Position numbers and translations under genes: made by a program. A stretch of DNA of 64,000 bases from Chiloscyllium plagiosum. Lineage: Eukaryota. Shown here piece by piece: positions 50,493-61,905 of this stretch. The stretch lies in assembly GCF_004010195.1 (NCBI RefSeq), contig NC_057750.1:7974084-8038083 (forward strand), read 5' to 3'. The notes beneath the pieces are model-generated. The model was not told the origin of the DNA, did not search any database, and saw only the letters and a program-made list of their open reading frames with translations. Numbering within the stretch: the stretch's first letter is position 1; each line of letters opens with the position of its first letter.

Positions 50493-51457
50493 CTGCAAAC
50501 ATGAGGAAAAGGTACTAGGTGCATTATTCCATAGAAATCCAGAAATATTCATATCACTAGCACACATTCCATCATCTGTCACTGGGTACTGCCATTGCTA
50601 TTAAAATTAATAAATCAAAATGTCATTGTGCACCTCTCGGTTTATTCACTGGCTGATCATTGACTTGTCATGTATAATCAGCTCTTTATATCAATCTTTG
50701 GATTCACAGATTCAAACAAATCCATGACAGAATCTGTGCTCTTCACAAATCTCCTCCCACTTGTCTTTATCTAAACCCATCAACATGACCTTCATTCCTT
50801 CCTTTTGGCGCACTTATCCAGTCTCCCCTCAAATACGTATCTTCTCAACAATATTTTGATTTGATCCAAATTATTACTCACATGAACCTAGGCACACAGA
50901 AAAGTTTTGTTTTGGATGCATGCCATACAGTAATAGAACAGAGCGAGGAATACAATGTTACGGCTGCAGAGAAGGTGTGAGATCAATATTTAAACTTAAA
51001 AGTTGAGAGGTCCATTCAGAAGTCTGATAACAGCAGGGAAGAAGCTGTTCTTGAATCTGTGGTAGAGAGTTCCATATTGTAATCATTTCCGGGAGAAGTG
51101 GTTTCTCCAGAATTCCCTATTAAATCTATTAGTGACCATCTTTTTATGGCACACAGTTCTAGTCTTTGCCACAAGTAGAAATGTCTTGTCTATGTCTCCG
51201 GTCTCTATGTATTGTGATCAATTTTATTCTTTCAGCATATAGATATACTGAAGCAAACGTATTTCTGTATTCTGACTTCTGTCCTAACATCAGCTCACTA
51301 AAGCATGGATCAGCTAACCTGGGATCTTTGTGCTGCAGATGATTTAAAATCATACATAGGTTTCTAAAAAACATTTGTTCTTGGGATATGAACATGGTTG
51401 GAAAGGTAAGCATTTATTGATATTGCCTAATTGCCCTTGCGAAACCAGGTGCGATTA

Positions 51458-51670
51458 GTTAAAAATCACACGACACCAGGTTATAGTTCAACAGGTTTAT
51501 TTGGAAGCAGTAGCTTTCGGAGCACTGCTCCTTCATCCCCATAATCACCTGATGAAGGAGCAGCGCTCCGAAAGCTAATGCTTCCAAATAAACCTGTTGG
51601 ACTATAACCTGGTGTTGCCCACTTTTTAAACTTTGTACACCCCAGTCCAACACACTGACATCTCCAAATT
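51458..51670. mobile_element. PLE-derived foldback element (family C) in AP2S1 intron 4
   Basis: Inverted arms; imperfect TSD aggtgcgatta / aggtggaatta. Confidence 0.82.
51546..51580 (+). ncRNA. Minimal type I hammerhead ribozyme motif, catalytic core and stem II intact
   Basis: cac CTGATGA a GGAGC agc GCTCC GAAA GC TA atg; first stem I pair mismatched (gtg>atg). Confidence 0.7.
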
Positions 51671-52358
51671 AGGTGGAATTACTAATTGAAAGCAACAACA
51701 ATTTTCATCAAAATATTGGATTGTTAAAGCTCTGGACAACATAGTTCTTCATCCTTAGCTAACACGATTATCAAGCAAGACAGAATGATAAATGTAGGGA
51801 AAACAGCTCAATTTTCAAGTAATATTCACCTTCCCTTGCCTCCACTACACCAATTTCAATGAATTTGTTTGGCACAAGGAACCTTGCTCAAATAAAGAGC
51901 AGGACAGCATTGATAAGGGTTGAGTAAGTAGCAATATTGTGACATAGGTACAGCAAGTGGCAAACTGAACCCTTTGGGCTACAATTGAGTTGTTTGTTAA
52001 ACTAATTCCAATTCAAGATTCAGGGTTATGTGGAGAAGTTAAGGAAAGGATAAAGGTGGGTGAATGAATGAAATTTAATTAAAAGGTAAAATCATATCTA
52101 AATAATAGATTATGTCCTGCCAGACTGGAGTTGGATTTGGAGGAGATGTAACAATGACATAAAACACTAACAGCTATCGATATGTCTGGTAGCAATGAGA
52201 ATAACGTGAGGGGCTGAATTGAACAAACACGTTGACACAACAGTAAAAGGTGCTGGATAAATGGGCCTTTTCAATCTCATTATTAACAACTTGTCACAAC
52301 CAAAATGCATCCCACATGTACGTAAAAGGAACATGACAAACAGGTTACCGGGTTTATC

Positions 52359-52554
52359 CAGTCGAGCTGTATTTGTTCTGATATAACACAATAGTTCTGC
52401 ACCAATGCAGTCCTGCGCTATAAGAAATTCACGTAATAGCAGCCTAATTCAAACAAATTGAACCGGAAGCACGTTATAGCCAACACAGGTTCGTCTTCAA
52501 TCGCATTATAGCCAATTCACATTGAGAAAACGTGCATTATAGTAGAACTGACTG
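52359..52554. mobile_element. Tc1/pogo-type MITE (second family)
   Basis: cagtc...gttctgatataac ... attatagtagaactgactg|ta terminal inverted repeats. Confidence 0.55.
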
Positions 52555-52915
52555 TATATAAAAATCTCATGTCGTGCATGCATTTCCTGTACAGAAATTT
52601 TACCACTTGTCATCACAAATTTCAGTCTTGCTTTTCTGTCAATGTTCTCAACATTTATCAAATTTGCTGTGCTAGCTGACATGGTGCATAGTAGCACTGT
52701 GGTTATATTACTGAACTAGCAATCCACAGGCCTGGAATAATCAAAAGCTGCAAGTTCAATCCCCACTACCGTGCAGGGATACATAATTAAAACATTAAAG
52801 ATAAAGTTATGCTAGACCTCCTGCTCACTGTGAATGGCTAGGTTCTTGGTGGACTGGTAATAGGGGAAAACATGAAAAGGGGACCAGGGAGAGACACAGC
52901 TGCAGAATGACTTAC

Positions 52916-52975
52916 CTTGTAGAAGTTGAAGACAAGATCTAGTTCACAGACATTATGGAAATATTCATTCAAAAC
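52916..52975 (-). CDS. AP2S1: AP-2 complex subunit sigma, coding exon (aa 90-109)
   Basis: ttgcag|VLNEYFHNVCELDLVFNFYK|gtaagt; 60 nt, phase 0/0; missed by the ORF track because it is short. Confidence 0.97.
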
Positions 52976-55104
52976 CTGCAATAAGATGCAGACGACAAAC
53001 AAAACAATGTCACTCACTTTTCATTTAAATGTGGGATTCTGCTTGAGCTTAGACAGTTCAAATTTTTAACCAGATCAGGAAACAAACAGTGGTTATTCTT
53101 TAAAACAGAACAGGACAAGGAAGTAGGGCACTCAGAACGTAACCATTCTACAAAGGCTTGTTTTCCTAAGAATGGTGCAACTAGCTCCTGGAGGGTATAA
53201 GAACTTCCTGCATTTTATTTTGTATTTTAATAGCCAATTTAGCAAACATCATTAGGGACTCAAAATGTGAAGTCCAGGATTTGAAGACTGGCTCAATATC
53301 TATGTGAGTCAGAGATTACTTCATGTTTCCAGGTAAAATTCAACCAACAGTTTGCCTGAACAGATGACCATCTATATTCCATGAAAGCTCCTTGGCCGTC
53401 CCATGCACATTTTCTTCCATTCCTCAAATGCTTTAAATATGCTTACTTTTCAGATACCTCTGCTTTCAAATATGAAATTAGAACCTGGTACATTGCTACT
53501 TCCTCTGAACATCAGCCTGACTTGCCCAATCTTTTTTTTTCACTTACAGCTTTTAAACTTCAAGCTGGATATCAAATAACCATGGCTGAAATAAATGAAG
53601 AATTTAGAAATTTAATACTGATAAAAAGTCACTGCCTCAAAGTACTAATTACTTCTCTCTCCACAGAAGCTGCCAGACCGGTTTAGGATTTCCAATGTTA
53701 CCTTTTCAAAATGAAATCAATTCATCTCTCAACCATAATCCTGATTCCTCACCTTGGCTTCTCAATGTTTACAGACATTCCCCAGTTTGTGAACGTGTTC
53801 TGTTTGAGTCCATTTGCAAGGTGAGTTGTATGAAAGACAGCACACAGTGCAGGATAATATAAAGTAGCCGTTCACAAGTACAGGAAATGTTCATATGTCA
53901 GATCTTTAAAATGATACTCTTGTACTGGGATCACGTTCATAAGTTGGATGTTTGCAAATAAATAAATTTACATCTGCACAGACTTCCCATTGGGATTTTC
54001 CTCCAATATCCACAGTTACAATGGAAACTTGTTGAGGTTAAATGGCCAAGCTGTAATTGCACACTTCTACAGGTGGAGGTGCTACACCTCCACAGTTAGC
54101 AGAAGGTGCATTAACAGCAGAACTGCGCACTGGTTACAGCACAAGAGGCTATTTAACCCATCAATCCATTCTAGCTCTCTATAAAATGAACTCACTTAGT
54201 CCTACTCCATCTGCTTATTCCTCATAAGGCTGCAAATCATTTCTGTTCAGATAATTAGCCAATTCTCTTCTGAAAACCTCAATTGAATCGATCTCAACCA
54301 CACTCTCAGACAGTGCGTTCCAGATTCTAACCTCTTATTGCTTAATCAAATTTCTCATGGTGTGTCAATCACCTTAAAGTGGTGTCTTCTGATTACCTTT
54401 CTGCCCACAGATAAAAGCTTTTCTCTACAAATGCCTCATGATTTTAAAAGTCATCTCATCTTAATCTTCTCCAATCTAAGCAACTGGAACACCTCATCCC
54501 TAGAACCATTCTTGTGAATGTTAACCACACCCTTGCTAAAGCGATGCATCCAGAATTGGACTCATTTAGTCCAGTTGAGGCCTACACAGTATTTTGAATA
54601 GATTCATCACATCCTCCTTGTTCTCGTACTCTTTGCCCTGATGAATAATTATAGTGTCAACTTTACATGGACAGTTTAAAGTACATGTGGAGGATTTCAT
54701 AATAACTATAAAGGATATGATCTTTAAATGAAGACTGAAATTCATTTGTGCATGGTGATATACTTATCCTCTGCCCCCTCATTGTGAAAAACTAGATTTG
54801 GTTGTGATATCATTGCAAATTGATGGACATATATAAGTATGAAGACTTTGTATGACCATTTTCAGAACATTCATCTCAATTATGCTTCAGAATACAAGTT
54901 TCTTGACCCCAGTACACAGCAAAGCCAGAGGATGGGGTTGAAGATTTATACTCAGCTGCAATACTTTACAAATTAGTTTGGTGTTCAGAAGTTATTTTCG
55001 CTGCACTTGGCACTGAATACACTCTATCCTGCTGAACAAATGAGAAATTTGTACATTATGCTGGCATTGGTGGTGAACGCACTCCCAACACAGATCTGTG
55101 AATA

Positions 55105-55235
55105 GTCACTGCACCTGATGAAGGATCAGCGCTCCAAATACTTGCGAGTTCAAATAACCCTTTGTCAGCTGTATAACATGGTGCAATGTGACATCTGACA
55201 TTGTCCACCCCAATCCAACACCGGCACCTCCAGAT
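55105..55235 (+). mobile_element. PLE-derived family C monomer, decayed hammerhead, TSD tgtgaata
   Basis: TSD 55097-55104 and 55236-55243; CTGATGA at 55115-55121. Confidence 0.75.
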
Positions 55236-55869
55236 TGTGAATACTACAGTCTAAATTTCCTTTTCCTTGTGAGTTGGTGAAAAAGAGATTAAGCAAAGTT
55301 TATTCACACAAACTGACACTTTGGATGGTTTTAAAAGGAAGACAATCCCAAATGACAATGGAAACTCTTTCATTGAATCTTACTTGTAACTAATTCAAAG
55401 ACTTAGATGTTTGGATGAATCAGCCCAGGAACAAGCCATTTGGCTCATTGCATCTGCACTGGTTCTTAGAAAGAGACTTGATAGGTAAAGCCTCATCGAC
55501 TGTACAATAATGCAGCAGAGCACATCCCAGTTTCAATTCTGTGTGAACTGTCAGTCTCAGCCAGGCCAGATTATTATTATTCAGCAGCACAGTTGACATT
55601 CTGTGAGCTAGGGAGGAGGAGAATAGCAATGCTACTGCTCCTAATTACTTACCAATAGAAACCATGCTGCAAACAGTGTGAACATCAGGTAAGAACAGGG
55701 CCAGGGTCACCAACGAGAGCTCTTGATGACTGAATTGTCTACTGATCCCCAAAACACAACACAAATAATGGACACCTGTGTTAAGCGCAGGCATCTTTGA
55801 GAAAGCTACCATACCTCCATTGTTGGAGGAGGTAGGGGTCCTTTTGATGAAAAAGGTTACTGCCCTTCA

Positions 55870-56818
55870 GATGAGTCAGGAACGATGAGTCAGCATACAG
55901 AGAGGAGGTGCAGAGCCAACAACCGGTCTTTGAATGTGGACCAAAACAAAAGAGATGGCTGTTGACTTTAGGAGGGCACGGAGTGATCATTCTCTGGTGG
56001 ACATCGATGGCTCCCCCATGGAGATTGTAAAGAGCACAAAATTTATTGGCGTCCATCTGACGGAGAACCTCACCTGGTCCCTCAGCACCAGCTCCACAGC
56101 CAAGAAAGCCCAGCAGCGTCTCTACTTTCTGTGCAGGTTGAGGAAAGCCCACCCCCCCCATCCCTCATCCCCCATTCTCACCATATTCTACAGAGGGTTC
56201 ATTGAGAGTACCCTGTGCAGCTGCACTGTTTTGGATCTTTGGATCGCAAGACCCTGCAGTGGAGAGTGAGGACAGCTGAGACGATCATGGGGTCTCTCTT
56301 CCCTCCATTACTGGTATTTACACCACATGCTGCATCCGCAAGGCTAACAGCATGGTGGACAACCCCACACATCCTTCATTCAAATTCTTCTCCCTCCTGC
56401 CATCTGGTAGAAGGTACCGGAGCATTTGGGCTCTCACGGCCAGACTGCGCAAGAGTTTCTTCCTCCAAGCCATCAGGCTCCTTAACACAGTATGATCACA
56501 CTCTATTCCATTTGCAATTCTTAGACGACTTTTTGAATTGCTGCTAAAACAATGTTTTATTAATGATCATTCATTGTCACATTGTCATTTCATCCACCAC
56601 TGTGCCTATTGTCTTGTCTTGCCAGGAATTACTGTGCTGTCTTGCATGTTTTACACTTCTCTATGCACTTTATGCTGCCCTGTGTATGACTGTCCTCTCG
56701 TGTAGTCTGTGTGTTCATATAGCACCTTGGTCCTGGAGGAACGCTGTTTCGCTTTGTTTGTACCAGCTGTATATGGCAGAATCAGCAAATAAAAAGTTAC
56801 TCTACTCTCCACTCTACT
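55870..56818 (+). mobile_element. Rex1/Babar LINE, 5'-truncated
   Basis: KTKEMAVDFRR...[14 protein letters not shown]...[15 protein letters not shown] (ORF 55934..56269); AATAAA then (ACTCT)n tail. Confidence 0.9.
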
Positions 56819-57100
56819 ATTAAAATACTCTCTGGTCACTTTGCAGTGATCCATTTACACAAATGATGTCCTCCAACTTATTTCTAAAGCCCAGCCCTAG
56901 TAACATCCCTTTCCCTTACTGGAGACACAAAACAATCACGGTTAACTAGCCCCACTAACAAGGAGGAAGCAATTACAAACTTCCTGATAAAATAGAACAT
57001 GCCTGCATACAAATTCGGTTTGCACAGATTTCCTGCCACAGCTGTAGCCCTTTGGTACCTTATGCAAGTGGCCATTCTTAAAGTAATATACCCAACAAAA

Positions 57101-58046
57101 GTATATCCCTGTTAGGGTGAAAGGAAAGGTTGGTAGGTATAGGGAATGCTGGATGACGAAAGAAATTGAGGGTTTGGTTAAGAAAAAGAAGGAAGCATAT
57201 GTCAGGTATAGACAGGATAGATCGAATGAATCCTTAGAAGAGTATAAAGGCAGTAGGAGTATACTTAAAAGGGAAATCAGGAGGTGCTGCATTTTGGGAA
57301 AGCAAATCTTAGCAGGACGTATACACTTAATGGTAAGGTCCTAGGGAGTGTTGCTGAACAAAGAGACTTTGGAGTGCAGGTTCATAGCTCCTTGAAAGTG
57401 GAGTTGCAGGTAGGCAGGATAGTGATGAAGGCACTTAGTATGCTTTCGTTTTTTGGTCAGAGTAAAGTACAGGAGTTGGGAGGTCATGTTGCGGCTGGAC
57501 AGGACATTGGTTAAGCCACTGTTGGAACATTGTATGCAATTCTGGTCTCCTTCCTATCGGAAAGATCTTGTGAAACTTGAAAGGGTTTAGAAAAGATGTA
57601 CAAGAATGTTGCCAGGGTTGGAGGATTTGAGCTGAACAGGCTGGGGTTGTTTTCCCTGGAGCTTCTGAGGCTGAGGTTTACAAAATTATGAGGGGCATGG
57701 ATAGAATAAATAGACAAAGTCTTCCCCCTGGGGTCATGGAGTCCAGAACTAGAGGGCATAGGTTTAGGGTGAGATGGGAAAGATATAAAAGAGTCCTACG
57801 GGACAACCCTTTCACACAGAGGGTGGTACGTGTATGGAATGAGCTGCCAGAGGAAGTGGTGGAGGCTGGTACAATTGCAACATTTAAGAGGCATTTGGAT
57901 GGGTATATGAATAGGAAGGATTTGGAGAGATATGGACTGGGTGCTGGCAGGTGGGACTAGATTTTGTTGGGATATCGGGTCGACATGGACGGGTTGTACC
58001 AAAGAATCTGTTTCCAAGCTGTACGTCTCTATGACGCTAAGACTCT
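57101..58046 (+). mobile_element. CR1/HER1 with internal deletion
   Basis: ORF2 linker WMTKEIEGLVKKKKEAY joined directly to the RT C-terminus (LHFGKAN); complete 3' tail. Confidence 0.88.
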
Positions 58047-58382
58047 AAAATGGAAATAGGTGGGATGTTCACTCACAGAAGGCATCAGAAAAGGTCCATA
58101 TATTGCCATCATACAGCATGTACACAATTTAAAACAGGCACCCAGCAACAGGAAGCCTAGCTCCCCACACAACCTACTCCACGTCCAGAGGTGGAATTCC
58201 TGATGGTGTTCCAGCTCAAATTCATGGCACTTGATATTAAATCGTGGAGTCATAGGATTCGAGGCAAAATTGAGAGAAGACAGAGGTGAAAGTATAGTGA
58301 GCTACAGAGCAGCAAAGTGGAAGGCAGTGGACATGGCTGAATCAGGGATAAAGGCAGTTATCTTCCAACTATTTGGAAGATA

Positions 58383-58432
58383 ACCACTCCCCTGCCCAAC
58401 GGGATCCCACCACTCCCCTGCCCAACGGGATC
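58383..58432 (+). repeat. 26-bp tandem duplication
   Basis: accactcccctgcccaacgggatc twice. Confidence 0.9.
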
Positions 58433-59384
58433 ATCATGCTCTTGATAGCTCAGCACTCAAAGTACTATGATACAGGTGTATAAATATATACTAGAATTTC
58501 AGAATTTGGGTTTTGTTGATCAGTCTTGTAAAGGTGTTTTCTTTCTGAAAATAAAGAGATTGGAATGTCATTTTCAACAGTGATCTAAATACATCATCTG
58601 CAAGGAAGCATTTGATTCAGTTAAGTGCATAGTGGGATACCTGCAGTGTTAATGTTGAACCGTTTATACTGCTAAGTTTGCACCATAGAGAGAAAACAGA
58701 CTATTAATTTAGTTTGCCTCCAGATGAGAAGCATCAGGAGTTCCGTTCAGGAGAACTTTTCACCTCTCAGCAAAGGAGTCAATTCAGAGAATGGTCACAT
58801 GAGCAGAAGGTTTTTAGTTTGTAAATATTCTCTCTCTGGGGTTGAATATCCGAGGGACATTGCTGAGAAACACCTTGAAAATTAGTTTAGAAAAATCTTA
58901 ACATAAACAGCAAAACAGTTGTTTATTTTTATAGCTTTGTTTGTTTCTTAGACTAAACTTGCACCCTTGGGTTAAGAAATATTTTCAGCCTTGTGTAACC
59001 GTTCAGTGACTAACCACCATGGTAACATGAGGACCTAAGAACTAGGGACAGGCGCTGGCAGTTCGGCATTTGACACGATCATTGTTGACCTCATCTTGGC
59101 CTCAACTCTACATTCCTGCCCGCTGTCCATAATCCTTCAATCCAGTAGCAAAAATTAAACTTATGACCCATCAAGCCAGTTTTCACTGTGGGATCTGACT
59201 TGTTCAATATTACCATCAATTGGAATCATAACAATTTTTGTTTTGTCTTTTTAACACAGGTAGGTGGACGGGCCAGCAAATAACTCTGACAACAAAGGCT
59301 TTATGAAAGATTTTTCTATATGATCAAAGTTAAAATTAAAAACAGAGAGGTTACATCAACATGTCAGGCTCCAGTGCCTCTTAC

Positions 59385-59498
59385 CTCCACAAAATTGTGG
59401 ATAGCTTCCAGGTAGACCAGGTTGTTGTCATTGACATCGACACAAATACAGAAGTAGAGCCCAGCATAACGTCGATAAATTATCTTGAAGTTTCGAAA
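59385..59498 (-). CDS. AP2S1: AP-2 complex subunit sigma, internal coding exon (human exon 3 equivalent, aa 52-89)
   Basis: Reverse complement reads cag|[38 protein letters not shown]|gtaag; 114 nt, phase 0/0; matches AP2S1 as I recall it, with one substitution (human A79, here V). Confidence 0.97.
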
Positions 59499-59843
59499 CT
59501 GCAAAAGGAATAGAAGAACTTATGAAAGCAGCTCTACTGGCAGCAGATACATTCAAACTTCATATAGTCACAAGTAAGCATAATTTATTTAGTAGCGACA
59601 TGCTTTTCTTCCTTCCCCTTCTTCACAAACACTCCGCCAATCACTTCTTCTCCCAAGTCTTTGGACTCCTGAATAGAAAAGTGAATTGCAGGGTTGGGAC
59701 TGATGCAAATTACACCTGGGCAAGGTTACATCAGAACTCTGCCACATTGCCCTGCCAACCACTTGATATCAGCTCAGCTATTTTTCTGACTCAACATTTA
59801 ATCACTAAAGAAAGAGAAACCGAAACATTTGCTACTTATGCCT

Positions 59844-60046
59844 AGATTTCCTGCCATAGCTTGTAGCCCTTTGGTACCTTATGCAAGTGGCCATTCTTTA
59901 AGTAATATATCAAACAAAATGAAAATAAGTGGGTTGTTCACTCATGGAAGGCATTACAAAAGACCCATATACTGCCCTCATGTAGTATGTACACACAATT
60001 TAAAATAGGCACCCAGCGCCAGGAAACCTAGCTCTCCACACAACCT
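59844..60046. repeat. ~200-bp unclassified repeat; second copy at 57026-57100 + 58047-58175
   Basis: agatttcctgcca.agc.tgtagccctttggtaccttatgcaagtggccattctt ... cctagctc.ccacacaacct shared by both copies. Confidence 0.85.
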
Positions 60047-60459
60047 GTTCATGCTTCTAAAAAAACATCAAGCCTGTGTTTACAGTTTTTCATTTGTACT
60101 GAGGAGAAAAGATGGGATGCATTTAAATTTTTCAACATACAGTATTCAATAAAAAAAGTTATACATTTACTTTTAAACTGCAGATTGCCTGTTTTCAGCC
60201 AATTGCTGGGCACAAAAGTAAAGATTAGCATTGACTGACAATTCAAAGCAATCAAACATATTTTTCCTCAATCTTTTAGCTGGTTGTGAATTAAATGGGA
60301 GCTATAACACCTAGAGAAATCTCCCTGCTTGTCTTCAAATGGAGCCATGAGATAAAGTAATATAGCACAGAAACAGACACTTTGGTCCGATCAGTCCATG
60401 CCCATCGTAATCCCAAACTAAACTAGTCCCCACCCTGCTTGAGCTTGGTCCATATCCCT

Positions 60460-60600
60460 CCATTCCTTGGCCTCATTCCTGATGAAGGGCTCCGGCCTGA
60501 AATGTTGATTCTCCTGCTCCTCGGATGCTGCCTGACCTGCTGTGCTTTTCCTGCAACACACACTCAACTCTGATCGCCAGCATCTGCAGACCTCATTGTC
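60460..60600 (+). mobile_element. PLE-derived family A element inside a minus-strand CR1 3' end
   Basis: TSD tccatatccct at 60449-60459 and 60601-60611; CTGATGA a GGGC tccg GCCT GAAA tgtt ga from 60479. Confidence 0.82.
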
Positions 60601-61039
60601 TCCATATCCCTTCAAACATTTCTTAGCTATTTTGTTCTGACAAGGCCACATTTCATCTGAAAGACAGGCCATCAACTGTGCAGCACTTGCTTACTACTGC
60701 ACTGAACTGCTCAGCTAGATTTTGTGCTGAAGCCTCTTGAACAGCACTTGAACCAAGAATGTTCCCATTGACCCAAAAGTGATGTCATTGGTTCCATAGC
60801 AGTCATGTGTCTTCCTGTAGTTTTTGCCTAAGTGGCCATGTTTTCATAAGATGGAAAATGAGTGTTAACACACTAACCAATGATAAAGAGATGCGTTGGT
60901 GTGGACAGGGTCTGTGTCATGCGTCAGGATCACATCTAACCTGAACTCGCGCTATACACTTTTAAATGATAAGTAAACTGTGAAAAATAACGTCCTTATA
61001 TCAGATATGAGGTGACTGCTGTGGAATGAGTGATCAGAA

Positions 61040-61905
61040 TAGGGGACTCAATAGTTAGAGGAACAGACAGGAGATTCTGTGGTCACAAATGGAACTCCTG
61101 GAAGGTATGTTGCCTCCCAGGTGCCATGGTCTGGGATGTCTCTGATCAAGTCTACGATATTCTGAAGGGGGAGGGTGAGCAGCCATAAGTTGTGGAGCAC
61201 ATTGGCACCAATGACATAGCTAGGAAAAGGGATGAGGATCTAAAAAGTGATTTCAGGGAGTTAGACTGGCAGCTAAAAACCAGGACGAGCAGAGTAGTAG
61301 TCTCAGGATTACTACCGGCGCCATGTGCTAGTGAGGCGAGGAACAGGGAGTGAGTGCAGCTAAACACGTGGCCACAGGGCTGGTGCAGGAGGGAGGGCTT
61401 CAGATACATAGATCATTGGGGTATCTTCTAGGGAAGGTGGGACCTGTACATGAAGGACGGGCTGCACTTAAACTGGAGAGGCACCAATGTCCTGGGCAGG
61501 AGATTTGCTAAAGTACTTCAGGAGGGTTTAAACTGATTTGGCTGGGGGATGGAAATCAGAGCTACAGATCAGAAGAGAGGGTGGATTTTGAACGGGCAGA
61601 AATAGAAGCCAGAGACTTTTCCCCATGGCAGAAATGGCCGTCACGAGGGGTCATAATTTTAAGGTGATTGGAGAAAGGTCTAGGGGAGATGTCAGAGGTA
61701 GGTTTTTTTACGCAGAGAGTGGTGAGTGTGTGGAATGCACTGCCAACTGTGGTACTAGAGTCAGAGATATTGGGGACATTTAAGTGATTGCTGGACAAAC
61801 ACGTGGATGGCAGTAAATGAAGGGTGTGTAGGTTAGATTGATCTTAGATTAAGATAAATGCTCGGCACACCCTCTTGGGCGAAGGGCCTGTACTGTTCTA
61901 TGTTC
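61040..61905 (+). mobile_element. CR1 LINE: ORF1 SGNH/GDSL-esterase region fused to a 3' end
   Basis: IGDSIVRGTDRRFCG...VCCLPGA...HIGTNDI...VVVSGLLP...DGLHLNWRGT with stops; jumps to the 3' region at ~61607. Confidence 0.88.
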
